64,000 nucleotides of DNA. Source: Albugo candida. Its lineage: Eukaryota. The position numbers and the translations under genes were made by a program. The notes beneath the pieces were generated by a model. It saw only the letters and a list, made by a program, of their open reading frames with translations, was not told where the DNA came from and ran no database searches. Positions 51,656-64,000 of the stretch are shown one piece after another (position 1 is the first letter of the stretch; every line of letters begins with the position of its first letter). Location of the stretch: positions 1-64,000 of the forward strand of contig JBDOQK010000038.1 in NCBI GenBank assembly GCA_040437565.1, written 5' to 3'.

Positions 51656-53519
51656 TCGAAATCGCGTTTCATTCCTTAGAATCACTCTTTAGACTTTGGT
51701 GATTCCGTCCACATCCTGCAGGACTGGCGAGTCTCAAACCTTTCATGGAGATAGCATTTTACTCCTACCGACATGGAAGAGTTGGCCGTCACGCCTCCGC
51801 TAATTCTATCAGACCCGGAAATGTCGTGAGACACGAGCGAAACAATGCACTTCCATGGTTGATGGTAACCTCGTTCACAGTTCAGCTTGTATTACATTGC
51901 TTTGGTTATCGCTCGCATCTCCAACTGCATGCAAAACCTTCTTGTGATAATTTAAACCTCCTAATTCTTACTAGTGGATGTTCCTTGAATTTGATATACA
52001 AATGCAACAAGTTCAGATTGAAGAAAATTTACCCATGCCGAGATGTGCGACAAATTTTCAAATATCTAAGACAAGGTGGTTCTGATGCACACAAACTCGC
52101 GTTACACCTCTTGAGACAAAGTCGACCAAGGGTTTGAGACAGCACTTCATGTACATTGATTTTATCACTGAACGATCCAGTCAGATGAGTACCGTGCTTG
52201 CAAATCCATTGCTGAAGTGTAAACCGAAATATGTACCTTCAATTTGGAAAGGAAGGCCCACTGCATCAAACTTAATTTTTAGTGCAATCATAGATGTTGC
52301 AATCGAAAGCTGTCAATACCTTAGGAATCTGCTACTAAAAACGTACTGCTTACACTTCTATGCATGAAAACTCCTCCAGATAAAACCGAGGTTGCTACCC
52401 ATCTCAGTCAGGGCGATTAGTCAATGCTCTGAGATACACAAGACGGTAGGCCATGATCAGAGCACCTAGCAACAGAAAATAGTAGCTCTCCTGTGATCAT
52501 CAACACTCTCAAGCGTTACAAAAATCCATCATACGATTGCTCTTCCATGTACTGTGTGATGAAACGTTTTCATATTCCACATCGAGCATGAGCTCCGGAG
52601 TGTCATACTTTAGACTATTGATTGTGAAGCTCTTTTTTTTGTGCAGAGCTTTGGATCATCTGAGTTTCAAGCCACTACATGCGACAGGAGATCAGAAAAA
52701 ATTGTCTCGTATACATAGTCGATCATCATGTAGAATTACATTGCATCCTCGTGGGAGGTAGTAATTGCCTGTGGCGCCCATTAAATGAGCGGAATGCAGA
52801 CGAATATCAACATTTTGATGTGAAGGGTGATCCGTAGTCGCCTGTTTCCAGATGCAATGAACAGCAGTCGTCTAGCCGTTGACTGAAGCGACATAGAGCT
52901 CAACACTCGTAGAGTGGAGAATTTCCACAACATATGAAAAGCGCCAGAGTATCAAGTTACCTATAAGTTACCACGCTGTTGTTTCAGGACACACTATAAG
53001 ATAGATATTATAATATATATTTTATAAGTGCATGAGGTGTACTAGGTGAAGGAATCCGCATTTTGTCAGCATACTGGTCGGTGCAAAAAGACTGAAAATA
53101 GACTACGTCCAATTTCTCTAGATTCATTTTATCATATTCAACAATGTGTATTATTTCTTTTGCATATATTTCTTTTGCATATTATAGTACAAACTCCTCA
53201 AGTATCAGATCTTGTGCGAGCCGTTTTTTACTCACCTCAGCGCCGACCCTCTATTCTTCTGCAGAACCTGTAAGACGCGATAGCAAATCAACTTAGAGGT
53301 ATGTCTGAAGGTCTATTAGGCATTCGATTTCAAATGTTACGCCGGAAAAATGACTTCGTCAACGAATACAATCGCACACTACTGCACAAGAACTAGTCGA
53401 TTATCGCATGCACCTAGTCCTTAACTCCTTTCGATAATATTTTGAATACAATCATTGATATGCAGCTGGCAGAAGATTTCTGTCCCACTCACATATTGTT
53501 TGGTGTAGCGGAGCCAGTG

Positions 53520-54498
53520 GAGTAAATTTCACTGTCAAATTTACCATCTACTACAATGCTAGGGGCAAAGAAAGTTGTTTGGCTTATTTTAGCATTCCAT
53601 TATTTGGATGCGTTCGACATCCTCCTCTTTCTCAAACTTTCACGCAAGAAAATCGGAGTTTTACGGTGAAGGTAATAGTACCACAAATTGAACAGATATC
53701 TAGTAATTCGATGGAAGGCACTCGGCTTTCAATGACTGAGAGCGAAGCAGAAATATTCAAGACACTCAAACACGAAGATCTACTGAAAAATGTCAAGTAC
53801 GAATTGCTCAGCTTTGGACTGATTAAGGGTCTTTTGGATGAAATGGAAGATTCAGCTATCACTATTACTTGGGATGACACATTTCAGTTGCAGGTCCGGT
53901 GAAAATGTTACTCACTAAAAAAAATAGCATGTTGAAGTCCTGAAGACACCCTCCGCTAGTAGAGACGGAATCAACTAGTAAGCTACAGATCTGTGCAGTT
54001 TCGTATAATATCCAATATGGCGGTATCAATGCCTTCATCAACAAACGAGTCGTGTTTTTTTACTTTCAAAATGTTGCCATCCAGTTCCCACGTTTGGCAT
54101 TCGACCAACTAATGCAAGAAATCCCTGGGATGAACGATCTATCAGCCAATTTAATCAAGAGTGATGAAACCACCAGCGTGAAGCTTACGAAATTCAAGTT
54201 CAGCGATCAATTTGGTAAGGAATCAGTCACGCTTTCAAAGTAGAATTATTCTGTGCAGGTACACGACAACAATTGCTTTCTTTCCGTTCGCCCTAGTCGC
54301 AGCGGTTTTTGGGTCATTGGCGCTGCGCTTGCAAAGACTCACCCTATCGTGTTTGAAAACGAACACATATACATTTTTGACTTTACCCGAAAACATGATC
54401 ATCCTTTGCATCATCCAGTTAAACAAGTCATCAAAACGTTGAAAAAAGTGAGATTTGATTTTCCCTGTCGAAAAAAAGGATTCTATCTTCACTTATAG
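53520..54498 (+). pseudogene. Decayed protein-coding gene of unknown function
   Basis: Protein-like ORFs 53579-53902, 54052-54243 and 54253-54498; the last two are in the same frame and separated by a single stop. No recognisable motif. Confidence 0.4.
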
Positions 54499-57297
54499 TA
54501 TGATATGATTTTTTGTGTGCAGAAACTTTGCGGTCAAGTAATAAACATTTCATATATAGACACGGACTTGACGCTGAACTGAAGACCGCTTTGCATTTCT
54601 TTTAAGCCAATTTACTAATCTATTTATCACCATCACCGCATGCGTTCATTAGATGTGATAAAAATATTACAGTTATCATGTTGTGCTTTTCATTACCATG
54701 GCGTACCAGTTATCAATCGTCTCTGCACGCGTTCCACACTTGTCATTGCACTTGCCACATTTGTGTCAAAGGGGTAATCTGATGGCGCCATACAGTTGTC
54801 GGTCTCGCTTCGCGTGCAACAGCTCAAATTCGAATCTAATAATAGCCGAATGAAAGAAGCTCGATCCCGGGGGATCGTACCGCGACTTGGGAAAGATGAA
54901 GTATAAACGTTTAAATTTGACCAGCCTCGCAAGGCTTTGGAGTCGGAGAGAAAGTGTAGTAAGACAATAGCGAGCAGCTGGATGTTGATATCAATGTGAA
55001 TTCCATTTCTGTTCGCTTTAGCTAGATCAACATACTCTCCCCAAGATTCAAACCGAACTTATCCATTGCAGACACAGAACACTTCTCAGAGTTGTCGCGC
55101 TAAATGTAGCCTTTGACATACTCTACATCAGCATTCTGAACGTGCAGAAAACGCAAGAAAGCCTTCCCAGCAGTTGCTCTGGCTCGACTGGACTTTCCAG
55201 GCTGCCGATCGGCCAAGGTCATCTGAAGTCGTATAGTGCGCAAATATGCAAACGATACACCCGTGACTTGGTATTTGTATTGACATACACATATCTGGCG
55301 ATCTCTTCCAAACGGATACGTAAGATAGGCTGGCCTACCGGACCTACCTACCCTTAAGTGTTTATATTGGCCAAAAACATTCAAATATACTCTGTGATTG
55401 GATAACAATATGTTGATATGATTCTATTCGCTCGTCCCTCGCTCATAAATATTAATTTAGGTCGGATAAGTGGCNNNNNNNNNNNNNNNNNNNNNNNNNN
55501 NNNNNNNNNNNNNNNNNNNNNNNNNNNNNNNNNNNNNNNNNNNNNNNNNNNNNNNNNNNNNNNNNNNNNNNNNNTGACTTGGTATTTGTATTGACATACA
55601 CATATCTGGCGATCTCTTCCAAACGGATACGTAAGATAGGCTGGCCTACCGGACCTACCTACCCTTAAGTGTTTATATTGGCCAAAAACATTCAAATATA
55701 CTCTGTGATTGGATAACAATATGTTGATATGATTCTATTCGCTCGTCCCTCGCTCATAAATATTAATTTAGGTCGGATAAGTGGCAATATTCATCCATAC
55801 AGCCATCGTATCGAGAATCGTTTCACGTGCTTCTATCGATACATTGATAAATGTTGCGCGTGCAGGTAATACATCAAAAGTAGACGGAATGTGTTGCAGA
55901 TACAAGAGATTTGAAGAGACCTTAAGACCTTACTTGGAACGATTTGATCGTTAACTTATAGCGCATGGCTGCTTTCGTGCGCATAATCATCGGAAACGAG
56001 AAACAAAACGTACGTTATCTGGCTAATGTTTTGACACGTAAAAATACAACACGTCACTGAGGTCGTTCGGACTTGTCTACAGTTCTGCGATGATATGTCT
56101 CAGTACTTAGTGGCCACACGCCTCTCGTTGAAACGTATACATTCACCTACTTTTATATGGAAAGTCAAGTACTGAAGCCTTCTAGAGCACGTATACAGTA
56201 TTCTTCATTCTCTAAAACGACGTTTGCTGTCGTGCTCTGACGACTCGACGCAAAAAACTCCTGAACATGATACAAAGCTTTAACTTAGCATGTATGATTA
56301 ATTCCATTGCTCAAACGCTTTGGTTATTCTAGCAACTTCCAAGGTCGCAATTATTTCAAGCACAATGCGCAGTATGTGGGACGAAAAGACTCCAACCTTG
56401 ACCCTATTTTTATCGCTCGCTTTTAGTTTCACTTTGAGAAATTTTTAATTGAATCAACTTCCGTATTACGACATTCACGCGTACATTGACATCGAACATT
56501 TAGACGAGAGGGTGCCATCGCATTTTAATTATTGTTTCTTGGATGCCGGCGAAACTTCGTGAATGATAATGTTCGTTCTTGATATAGGAACCGCGTCAGC
56601 AGAACACTACATATGAGTAATAAAACGCATAGGCTCGGAATTAATTGTTTCTCGTTTTGAAGCATTTTGGGAAGCTAGAAATTGTTTGATGAGACTAGTG
56701 CTGGGTATAAAAAAACGACTTTTATCTGATCCAAAAATTAAATTTTTTTTTTTGCGGCTTCTATTTGAATTTTATTGAGCAAAGTAAAGTTCTGGAAGCT
56801 TGCGATTTAGAGCAATAAAGTTATAGCAGACAGTTTGAAGAACTCAGATACAACGGGCGAGAAGAGGAGACCGTCCGTGAAGTCTTACTATTTGATTCTT
56901 GAACTAACTTTCTAGAATTGTCTTGAATCAATCGACAAGTCCGGCTAATCCGTTGTTAGAGTATGATGTTTTCTGGAGCAGTGAAGCGGAGTGACATTTT
57001 ATAGTACAAAAACCGATCAAATGAGTAGGTTGGTCATGTGAGAGCTTCTGTGGCGAATGACAGGATTGTGAAGTAAACGCAAACTTTGCCTCTAAAACTT
57101 GTGTACTGGTAATATTTGAGCATGTCTCGTACTGATACAGTGACCAACTCTGTCAACATAGACGAAGCGGCGCGAAAGTGGTGAATATACTTGTTCATAT
57201 CGAGCCCTCCGAATGAGAAGAACTTCGCTCACGGGGAATGATTGTTTTCATGCGCATGAAGATTCCAAAAAAAGGAAATGAAAACATGATATGTCTG

Positions 57298-57948
57298 TCA
57301 ATTTGTCTCATTTTCAATAGTACAACAGGCCAATGAGTCCGCGTTGTCAAAATAAGCCCGGATAAGAATCCAGTATCCATAGTGATTGCCCCAGTCTTGT
57401 TGGTTGAATGCAAGACATAACTTTGTGTAAATGTCGAAAGTGAAGTATAGAGCGGACTCGGTACTAAAACAATCTGATACGTCGGGCACTGTTTTGGATG
57501 TGGTATCAATATGATCCGCTGGAATTAGGTTCACTTTCAAAAGCAATGGACCATAAGCACGGCATTCAATCCCGGGTTGATTAAATTCTCCAGGCTTTAC
57601 ATATCAGCACCACAACCATAGGATCCATAATTAAACGTACAATCATCTTTATAAATGCTGCGAACGGCCCCTGCTTCATATCATACATCGTTCGTATTGA
57701 CGGTGAAGTATTGGCACATGACCGTAGTTTTTTTACTATGATGTGACGTCGACGTAGGCACTGGCACCGCACAGCCTTATCAAAAGGTCATTGTCACATT
57801 GGTAGATATTGTCTGCCGTTATTGTAACTTGAATAGGTGCGAATTGACCATTGATAAGGGTCAGGTCAACTGAACGCCTGACAATGACAGACGTGCTGTG
57901 CATTAGCGAAAGTATGAGAAAAATAAAGTGATTGGATCGGCTGTACAT
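57298..57948 (-). pseudogene. Secreted Cys-rich protein family member 1, pseudogene
   Basis: MYSRSNHFIFLILSLMHSTS signal; ITADNIYQCDNDLLIRLCGASAYV; CRAYGPLLLKVNL; VSDCFSTESALYFTFDI. Stops and frameshifts at about 57580-57740. Aligns with 59318-59956. Confidence 0.75.
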
Positions 57949-59317
57949 TGTTGCAGTAGCTCTTGGTCTTAACGGCATATTGGAGAAGGATATAACGTTG
58001 TGTGAGCATAGTGCGTGGTGGCTGAACAAACAGAAGTTTGCAATATTTTAGTCGATGGCATAGAGATTTGAATTGGTGACTCACAAAGGCATGGATANNN
58101 NNNNNNNNNNNNNNNNNNNNNNNNNNNNNNNNNNNNNNNNNNNNNNNNNNNNNNNNNNNNNNNNNNNNNNNNNNNNNNNNNNNNNNNNNNNNNNNNNTCT
58201 TGGTCTTAACGGCATATTGGAGAAGGATATAACGTTGTGTGAGCATAGTGCGTGGTGGCTGAACAAACAGAAGTTTGCAATATTTTAGTCGATGGCATAG
58301 AGATTTGAATTGGTGACTCACAAAGGCATGGATATAAGAAACAATGTGACACTTAGCACGTGGTATCGAGCATGGTCGCCAAACAGTGCTGTAAGATAGT
58401 TTACCTATTGCTAGTAATTTGGATTGCTGGTAATGCTTACGCGATTTGGGTTGGTATTCCTATTTTGATTTGGTTTCAATTATCTGCACCGTTCACAATC
58501 AAGCCTTTTGCGCGAAGGTGCACAGAACTAGGATGTGTTTTTTCCTCATATTGGATGAGAAGTTCTGTTGGATGCCGAAAGGAATTCTACATATATGGAA
58601 ATAATTCTGACTTGCGGTTTGTTCCTTTTTTCCGTATCATAGAGGATAAAAAGCATAAGAAAGAGAAATACGAATTGTTATTTTGTTCACTAATGTCCTA
58701 CAGAAAGTATCGCCTCATATTAGCTTATGCGTTTCATTGAACTTAGGATTCGAGTAAAATACACTCTCGAAACGATTGGTTTCAAAGCGTATAAAGGCTT
58801 CACGTGTAGAGCTGTAACCTTTCATGCATAAGCCGCATGGGCTGAGTGAATTTCAAGCATTCGAGGAAGAGAAACGAACGTTTGTCTGAAGAAATTGCTG
58901 TACGGATGCGTAAGGATAGAAACGAAAACAAGATTTCAGGCAAATGATTATATTTGCAGAGTTACGACACGTTACTAAATTCTTTTGGCTGTTTGGCACT
59001 TTCCAGATGTAGAGTTTGTTGCTTCGAAGGCTCTGACGATTTCTGTCATCTCCTCNNNNNNNNNNNNNNNNNNNNNNNNNNNNNNNNNNNNNNNNNNNNN
59101 NNNNNNNNNNNNNNNNNNNNNNNNNNNNNNNNNNNNNNNNNNNNNNNNNNNNNNNTGTAACCTTTCATGCATAAGCCGCATGGGCTGAGTGAATTTCAAG
59201 CATTCGAGGAAGAGAAACGAACGTTTGTCTGAAGAAATTGCTGTACGGATGCGTAAGGATAGAAACGAAAACAAGATTTCAGGCAAATGATTATATTTGC
59301 AGAGTTACGACACGTTA

Positions 59318-59956
59318 CTAAATTCTTTTGGCTGTTTGGCACTTTCCAGATGTAGAGTTTGTTGCTTCGAAGGCTCTGACGATTTCTGTCATCTCCTCAC
59401 ATGTGCCACCTGACATACCGTCCAACTGGAAAGTAAAGAACTTGTTTCCTGCAGAGCACTTGCTACAATCTTCAGATCTTTTCTGTTCTGATTCTGTACT
59501 CAACGTGGATTCAAATCTCATGTTCAAAAGGTAATCCCCTCCATACTGGCAACTACTACGACCAGGAGTAGAAGTAGAAGTAGTAGTAGCAGTACCCACA
59601 CACTGATTCCTGCTGCAGCACCACGATTCAGCTGAACATTCATAAATTGCGCATTCCTCATATCTTGTGGTAAAAATAGTGGTATCGTAGCCGTTTATGA
59701 ATGTTACATTCCGTGTGTCATGTACGTATATAAACTTGCATGTTCGCAACCCATCGCTTCCAGGGAGTACGATAAATGCATTAGCGTCGAGTACATTCGA
59801 CGCAATGACATTTTCGCAAAGTCTAGGGCTTCCTTCAATGAACGTTAATACATGGGTGTAGAGTTGTGGTTCTTGTCCCATACGAGTTTCAAATTCGGCG
59901 AAGGCATTCGAGAGAAGCGTGTGGAGAAGGATAAATTGAAAGGGTGAGATCTTCAT
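59318..59956 (-). CDS. Secreted Cys-rich protein, 212 aa, intact (candidate effector), family member 2
   Basis: ATG at 59956; clear signal peptide MKISPFQFILLHTLLSNAFA|EFE; 12 Cys; Thr/Ser linker TATTTSTSTP between two Cys-containing halves; uninterrupted to the stop at 59318. Confidence 0.88.
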   Translation of the reverse strand: MKISPFQFILLHTLLSNAFAEFETRMGQEPQLYTHVLTFIEGSPRLCENVIASNVLDANAFIVLPGSDGLRTCKFIYVHDTRNVTFINGYDTTIFTTRYEECAIYECSAESWCCSRNQCVGTATTTSTSTPGRSSCQYGGDYLLNMRFESTLSTESEQKRSEDCSKCSAGNKFFTFQLDGMSGGTCEEMTEIVRAFEATNSTSGKCQTAKRI

Positions 59957-62697
59957 GTCGTCGTTGTTGTTGGTTTTGTGAGAAAGCTGGATAATGAGAG
60001 TATAATACGTCAGAATAGTGCGAGGTGAATGCAAATAGATGCAGCNNNNNNNNNNNNNNNNNNNNNNNNNNNNNNNNNNNNNNNNNNNNNNNNNNNNNNN
60101 NNNNNNNNNNNNNNNNNNNNNNNNNNNNNNNNNNNNNNNNNNNNNTCGACGCAATGACATTTTCGCAAAGTCTAGGGCTTCCTTCAATGAACGTTAATAC
60201 ATGGGTGTAGAGTTGTGGTTCTTGTCCCATACGAGTTTCAAATTCGGCGAAGGCATTCGAGAGAAGCGTGTGGAGAAGGATAAATTGAAAGGGTGAGATC
60301 TTCATGTCGTCGTTGTTGTTGGTTTTGTGAGAAAGCTGGATAATGAGAGTATAATACGTCAGAATAGTGCGAGGTGAATGCAAATAGATGCAGCATGAAA
60401 ATTTCAAGCTCTCGGTATAGAACATCAAATCTGTGACTCACAAATGTCTGTATACAAGAGACGGTATGTAATCATATAAGTGGGATGAGTGTGCTCGCCC
60501 AAATATCTCATATGCTCCGTGTAAAATGCATGATCGTTATTTATGTCACTATTAAAACGCCTAGCAATAAGAGACGGTAAACGAGAAGAAACGATAGGAT
60601 TGTAAACGCTGAAGACATTTTCTTCTCTAGCGTATCGGTACACAGAAGACTTGGTGATGGTTACGCTTTTATTGGTAATGGGCATGCTCTTTTTTTTGGT
60701 GTGTAATCATTTGCACCGTATACTATCTGACATTTCATGGCAAGTAACGAAAAATAGGACCAGTACGGTAGTAGTCGTTAGTACAAGTATGCAAATCGAT
60801 TCTGGCTGTTCTACACGTAGCGCCCTTCTATCTTTTATCATAAAAATGTGAAGCACTAAAGACGACTATATTAATGTCGAAGGGAGCCAAAGTCCCCAAC
60901 TGATTTATTCATATATGAAGCGCAAGAAGAACGAATAGTATGCGATGAAAGCATAAAAGATGTTATCGTTTTTGAAGTGAGAAGGATCTCGTTATGTAAA
61001 TATCGTCAACATCTGATACTGCTGGTAGAATTCAAAGTACGAGATGTGGTGTGTCTGCTTGGTTGTAATTACGAGTCCAAGAACGTCACTTAATGCAGAA
61101 GGAAAATAGCGCGTGCTAAAGCAAGAGCAGCGATGATTTCTTCTGTTATGTCTGTCTTTATTGGTATCATGTTCGTATGAAAAACATCCGTTGAGCTCCT
61201 TTAGGTTATGGTCTCGCCAACTGATTTATTTTCTAATCCGAAAAGCGGGAGCCGATGACAAGAAATAAAGCTATTCTATCGGCTGAACACTGATATATTA
61301 TCGCACCAGTACAAACTCAGTCGATGCAGATAGAATTGATCTAATGCGCATTATAATGATTCGGACCTATCAGCATTCTTCAATAGTTTGATCCCAAGAA
61401 AGGAAAAGCAACTCACAGCTCGCAAACAAAACACTGAGTGTCTCTGCCGTGGTATATCTTTGACACTAGGACTAGGATCGACAGTCAAATGAAGCCGTTC
61501 CTTTTCTCTTTTCTTTATCTATCATTCTTTACCCAATGCGGACCGAAGCTATCGATGTTTTCTATAATCTGAGATGCTCATGTCATGAATCAAACAGAGT
61601 GAAACAGAAGCAACGTTGATGTGACAGCTGTATTAGAAACTAGTTTCAGAATTGGAACGTCGCTCTGCTTATACAAAGTGACAAGGATAGCAATACAGAT
61701 TTGCTTTCGTCAGTGGCTAAGAAAAATATAAAAGGTCGTCGACATAGTAACACGTTTGCATGGACCAGAACCATGTGTTCTGACCCATAAAATGAATGCA
61801 ATAAATGAGAGAAAAGTACTGTTAGTCCACATCTCGAAGCAGTGAAGAGAAGGTAAGAAAGCTCGAACCAGGTCCTTAGGATAACCTATAGTGCCCTATA
61901 AGCAATGCTAGCAAGAGGTCCATAGAATAGATTGCCATTACCATCGCATTCTGACACCTAGTGAGGATTCCAGCCGCAAAAATGAGATAGGAGGATGGAA
62001 AGCTGTCCGTTTTCTTTTTTCACTGAAGAAGTGTGTAATTCCTTTCGGCCACGCATCATATTCGGATAGCAACGTACATTATCTTCTTCCAACTGAGAGG
62101 AATATAACGACTGATAGCAGCCCCTACAAGAATACCGAACCAACAAAAGAAGATGCTATGTTGTGTTCCACTACAAGTTTTGATTCTTTTGAGCGTATTA
62201 TTATCGTGAAACCGTTTCGTATGTAAAGGCTAACATTTGGGGTGGGAGATAAAATAGTTTAGAATTGACTTGGGTTATTAGACGACTGGCTTCTACCGTT
62301 CTTAAATGCTGGTCGTTTATGACACAATGAGAGTCTGAGTGTCATTTCATACCTCAAGAACTGCTTTCGTGCTCTAGCTTTGGAGAGCGCCACTGTGTTG
62401 GAAACGAGGGCAAATAAGTGCTGTGAGACGCTGTCAATACGAGTCGATAGTTTTTTGCTGAAAACTGTGCTACGGAGACTATCGTCCAACGCCTTCTACT
62501 GGTACATTGAACAATACTCCGTGTGCAGAAGCAACAAACGTGGATATACGTGTGTATATATCTGTTTACTCGATCCCAGAGCGGAGAAGAAGAACATTCG
62601 TCATGGAAAGTGGTTGGTCGCGTGCGTAAAGGGACTTCATACAATAAAAGACATGATGTTTCTTGGCAAATTGTTTCATTTGCAAAAGCAAGACACC

Positions 62698-63295
62698 TCA
62701 CTTCTTAAATCTACCTGTACGATTCCCAGCTGTGACTTTATGAGACGCCATGATGTAATGGAATTTGTCCATTCCACTACAATGATTCGAGTTGTACTCG
62801 TACATGAAGTATGGACCGTTCGTTTCAGCAATACAATTTTCACTAGACTGAAACATGGTAAAATTGATTTGAGGATCGTCTGCAGGAAGAAATGTCACAT
62901 TCTGGAGCAGTTCTCCTTTATTCAAGCAAATAAGAGCCTTTTTTCAGATTGCTCACACTGTTGTTCAGTGTAACATCCTTCTGTTGCCATGATACTAGGA
63001 TGTTCCATAAATGCTGTTTCCAGCCTCATCAGTAAACTCTGCCGTGTCAATCTTCACATTAAAGAATTCGCATGTGACTTTTGGGGGTGAGCTATGTTCC
63101 ATGACGTTGTATGAATTTGCATCAAATAACGCCATCGAAAGGGCAGTGTCGCACATGAAGGGGTTGTCTGCAATTATCTACGCGTAATTCCAGTGATCGG
63201 GATATTGATCGCGCTACCCGGGTAACGAGTGCCATGTTTCGGTGTAGTGCCAATTAGCGAAAGGATGCTATGATATGGAAATATGGGTTCGACAT
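62698..63295 (-). pseudogene. Secreted Cys-rich protein family member 3, pseudogene
   Basis: Minus-strand reading IIADNPFMCDTALSMALFDANSYNV..KVTCEFFNV and CLNKGELLQNVTF..SENCIAETNGPYFMYEY aligns with FIEGSPRLCENVIASNVLDANAFIV..LRTCKFIYV and CQYGGDYLLNMRF..SEDCSKCSAGNKFFTFQL. Several stops and shifts. A (aac)n run precedes the ATG, as in member 2. Confidence 0.8.
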
Positions 63296-64000
63296 TTAGA
63301 TGGTTGTTGTTGTTGATCTTGAGAGAATCTTGAAGAGCGAGGTAACATTGTCTAGACATTGTGCGCATTGGGTGAGCAATAAAAAGGTCTGGAACATTGA
63401 CGTTGTCAGTATAGAAAATTGAATTCGTGGGTTACAAATGTATGAAATGCAAAGTAAAGTGAATACGTACTCAAATGGTATAGAGCATGCTCACCTAAAT
63501 ATTGCTGGAATCTAGTTTTATCAAGTGATTACTCAAAATGCTCTGTATAAGTCATGAGTGATGTTATTACTTGTAACAACAACCAATAAGAGCTGGTAAA
63601 ATGGGAAGGAAGAATCGGATTGTGAATATGCGAATTTTGATCTTTTATATGGTATGCGTACGTAATTGGGCTGGTATTGGGTATGCATTTTCGTTGGTAT
63701 AGATAATACCGTAAACAAAATGGCTTTTCGTCCGTAAGTACACGGAAATGGGCTCATTTTTTCTTCAAGTTGAGGGGGAAGTAACACAGCTACGTAATAT
63801 TACATATGTTCATAGAGTATTTGATATATATATATACGTTGCTCCCTTTTCTCTTTTACCGTAAAGAAGGAAAGTTATGTGAGAAGAGAAATGTTGGAAG
63901 CGTTTCGTATTTGTAGCGAAGGAAGATGACATCTCCGAGTGTATTCAAAGTAATAAGTACCAGACGACGATAAGTAAGCGAAGAAATCATTAGAGGTGGT

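Noticed and set aside
55100-56010. Minus-strand RFSIRWLYG*ILP resembling CCG module 1 (RFRLYWLVGYGDILP)
   Set aside because: No CxxC or signal peptide could be recovered; similarity too short to support a call.
55264-60393. Short direct duplications at gaps 55475, 58098, 59056 and 60046, including partial extra copies of the 212-aa secreted gene
   Set aside because: All flank 100-N gaps and appear identical, so they were not counted as extra genes.
62380-62973. 197-aa plus-strand ORF
   Set aside because: Non-ATG start and antisense to the Cys-rich family pseudogene at 62698-63295; likely a shadow ORF.
1-64000. CRISPR arrays, rRNA/tRNA genes, prokaryotic operons or defence systems
   Set aside because: No regularly spaced repeats or RNA-gene signatures seen; spliceosomal introns and eukaryotic transposons indicate a eukaryotic nuclear locus.

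Overview
Eukaryotic, AT-rich, repeat-rich scaffold segment with twelve 100-N gaps, several flanked by duplicated contig ends. It is most consistent with an oomycete of the genus Albugo (inference from a signal peptide + CxxCxxxxxG 'CCG' effector gene). No housekeeping genes, RNA genes or CRISPR arrays were seen. The window looks like an effector birth-and-death region packed with transposons. Transposons: a near-complete Ty1/Copia element (108-4927) with a nested solo LTR, a near full-length degenerate L1/Tx1-like LINE (about 16790-22897, minus) plus three partial copies, an RTE-LINE fragment, a second Copia remnant, a MULE transposase remnant and two MULE-type MITE-like elements. Effectors: a five-module CCG gene split by one frameshift (33265-35323) with several decayed relatives, and a tandem three-member family of secreted Cys-rich proteins (57.3-63.3 kb; one intact, two pseudogenes). 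The most striking structure is a Pack-MULE-like element (46765-48721): long terminal inverted repeats enclosing an intron-retaining, 5'-truncated copy of a membrane-anchored A1 aspartic protease gene. All family assignments come from motif recognition by eye; no database searches were run.
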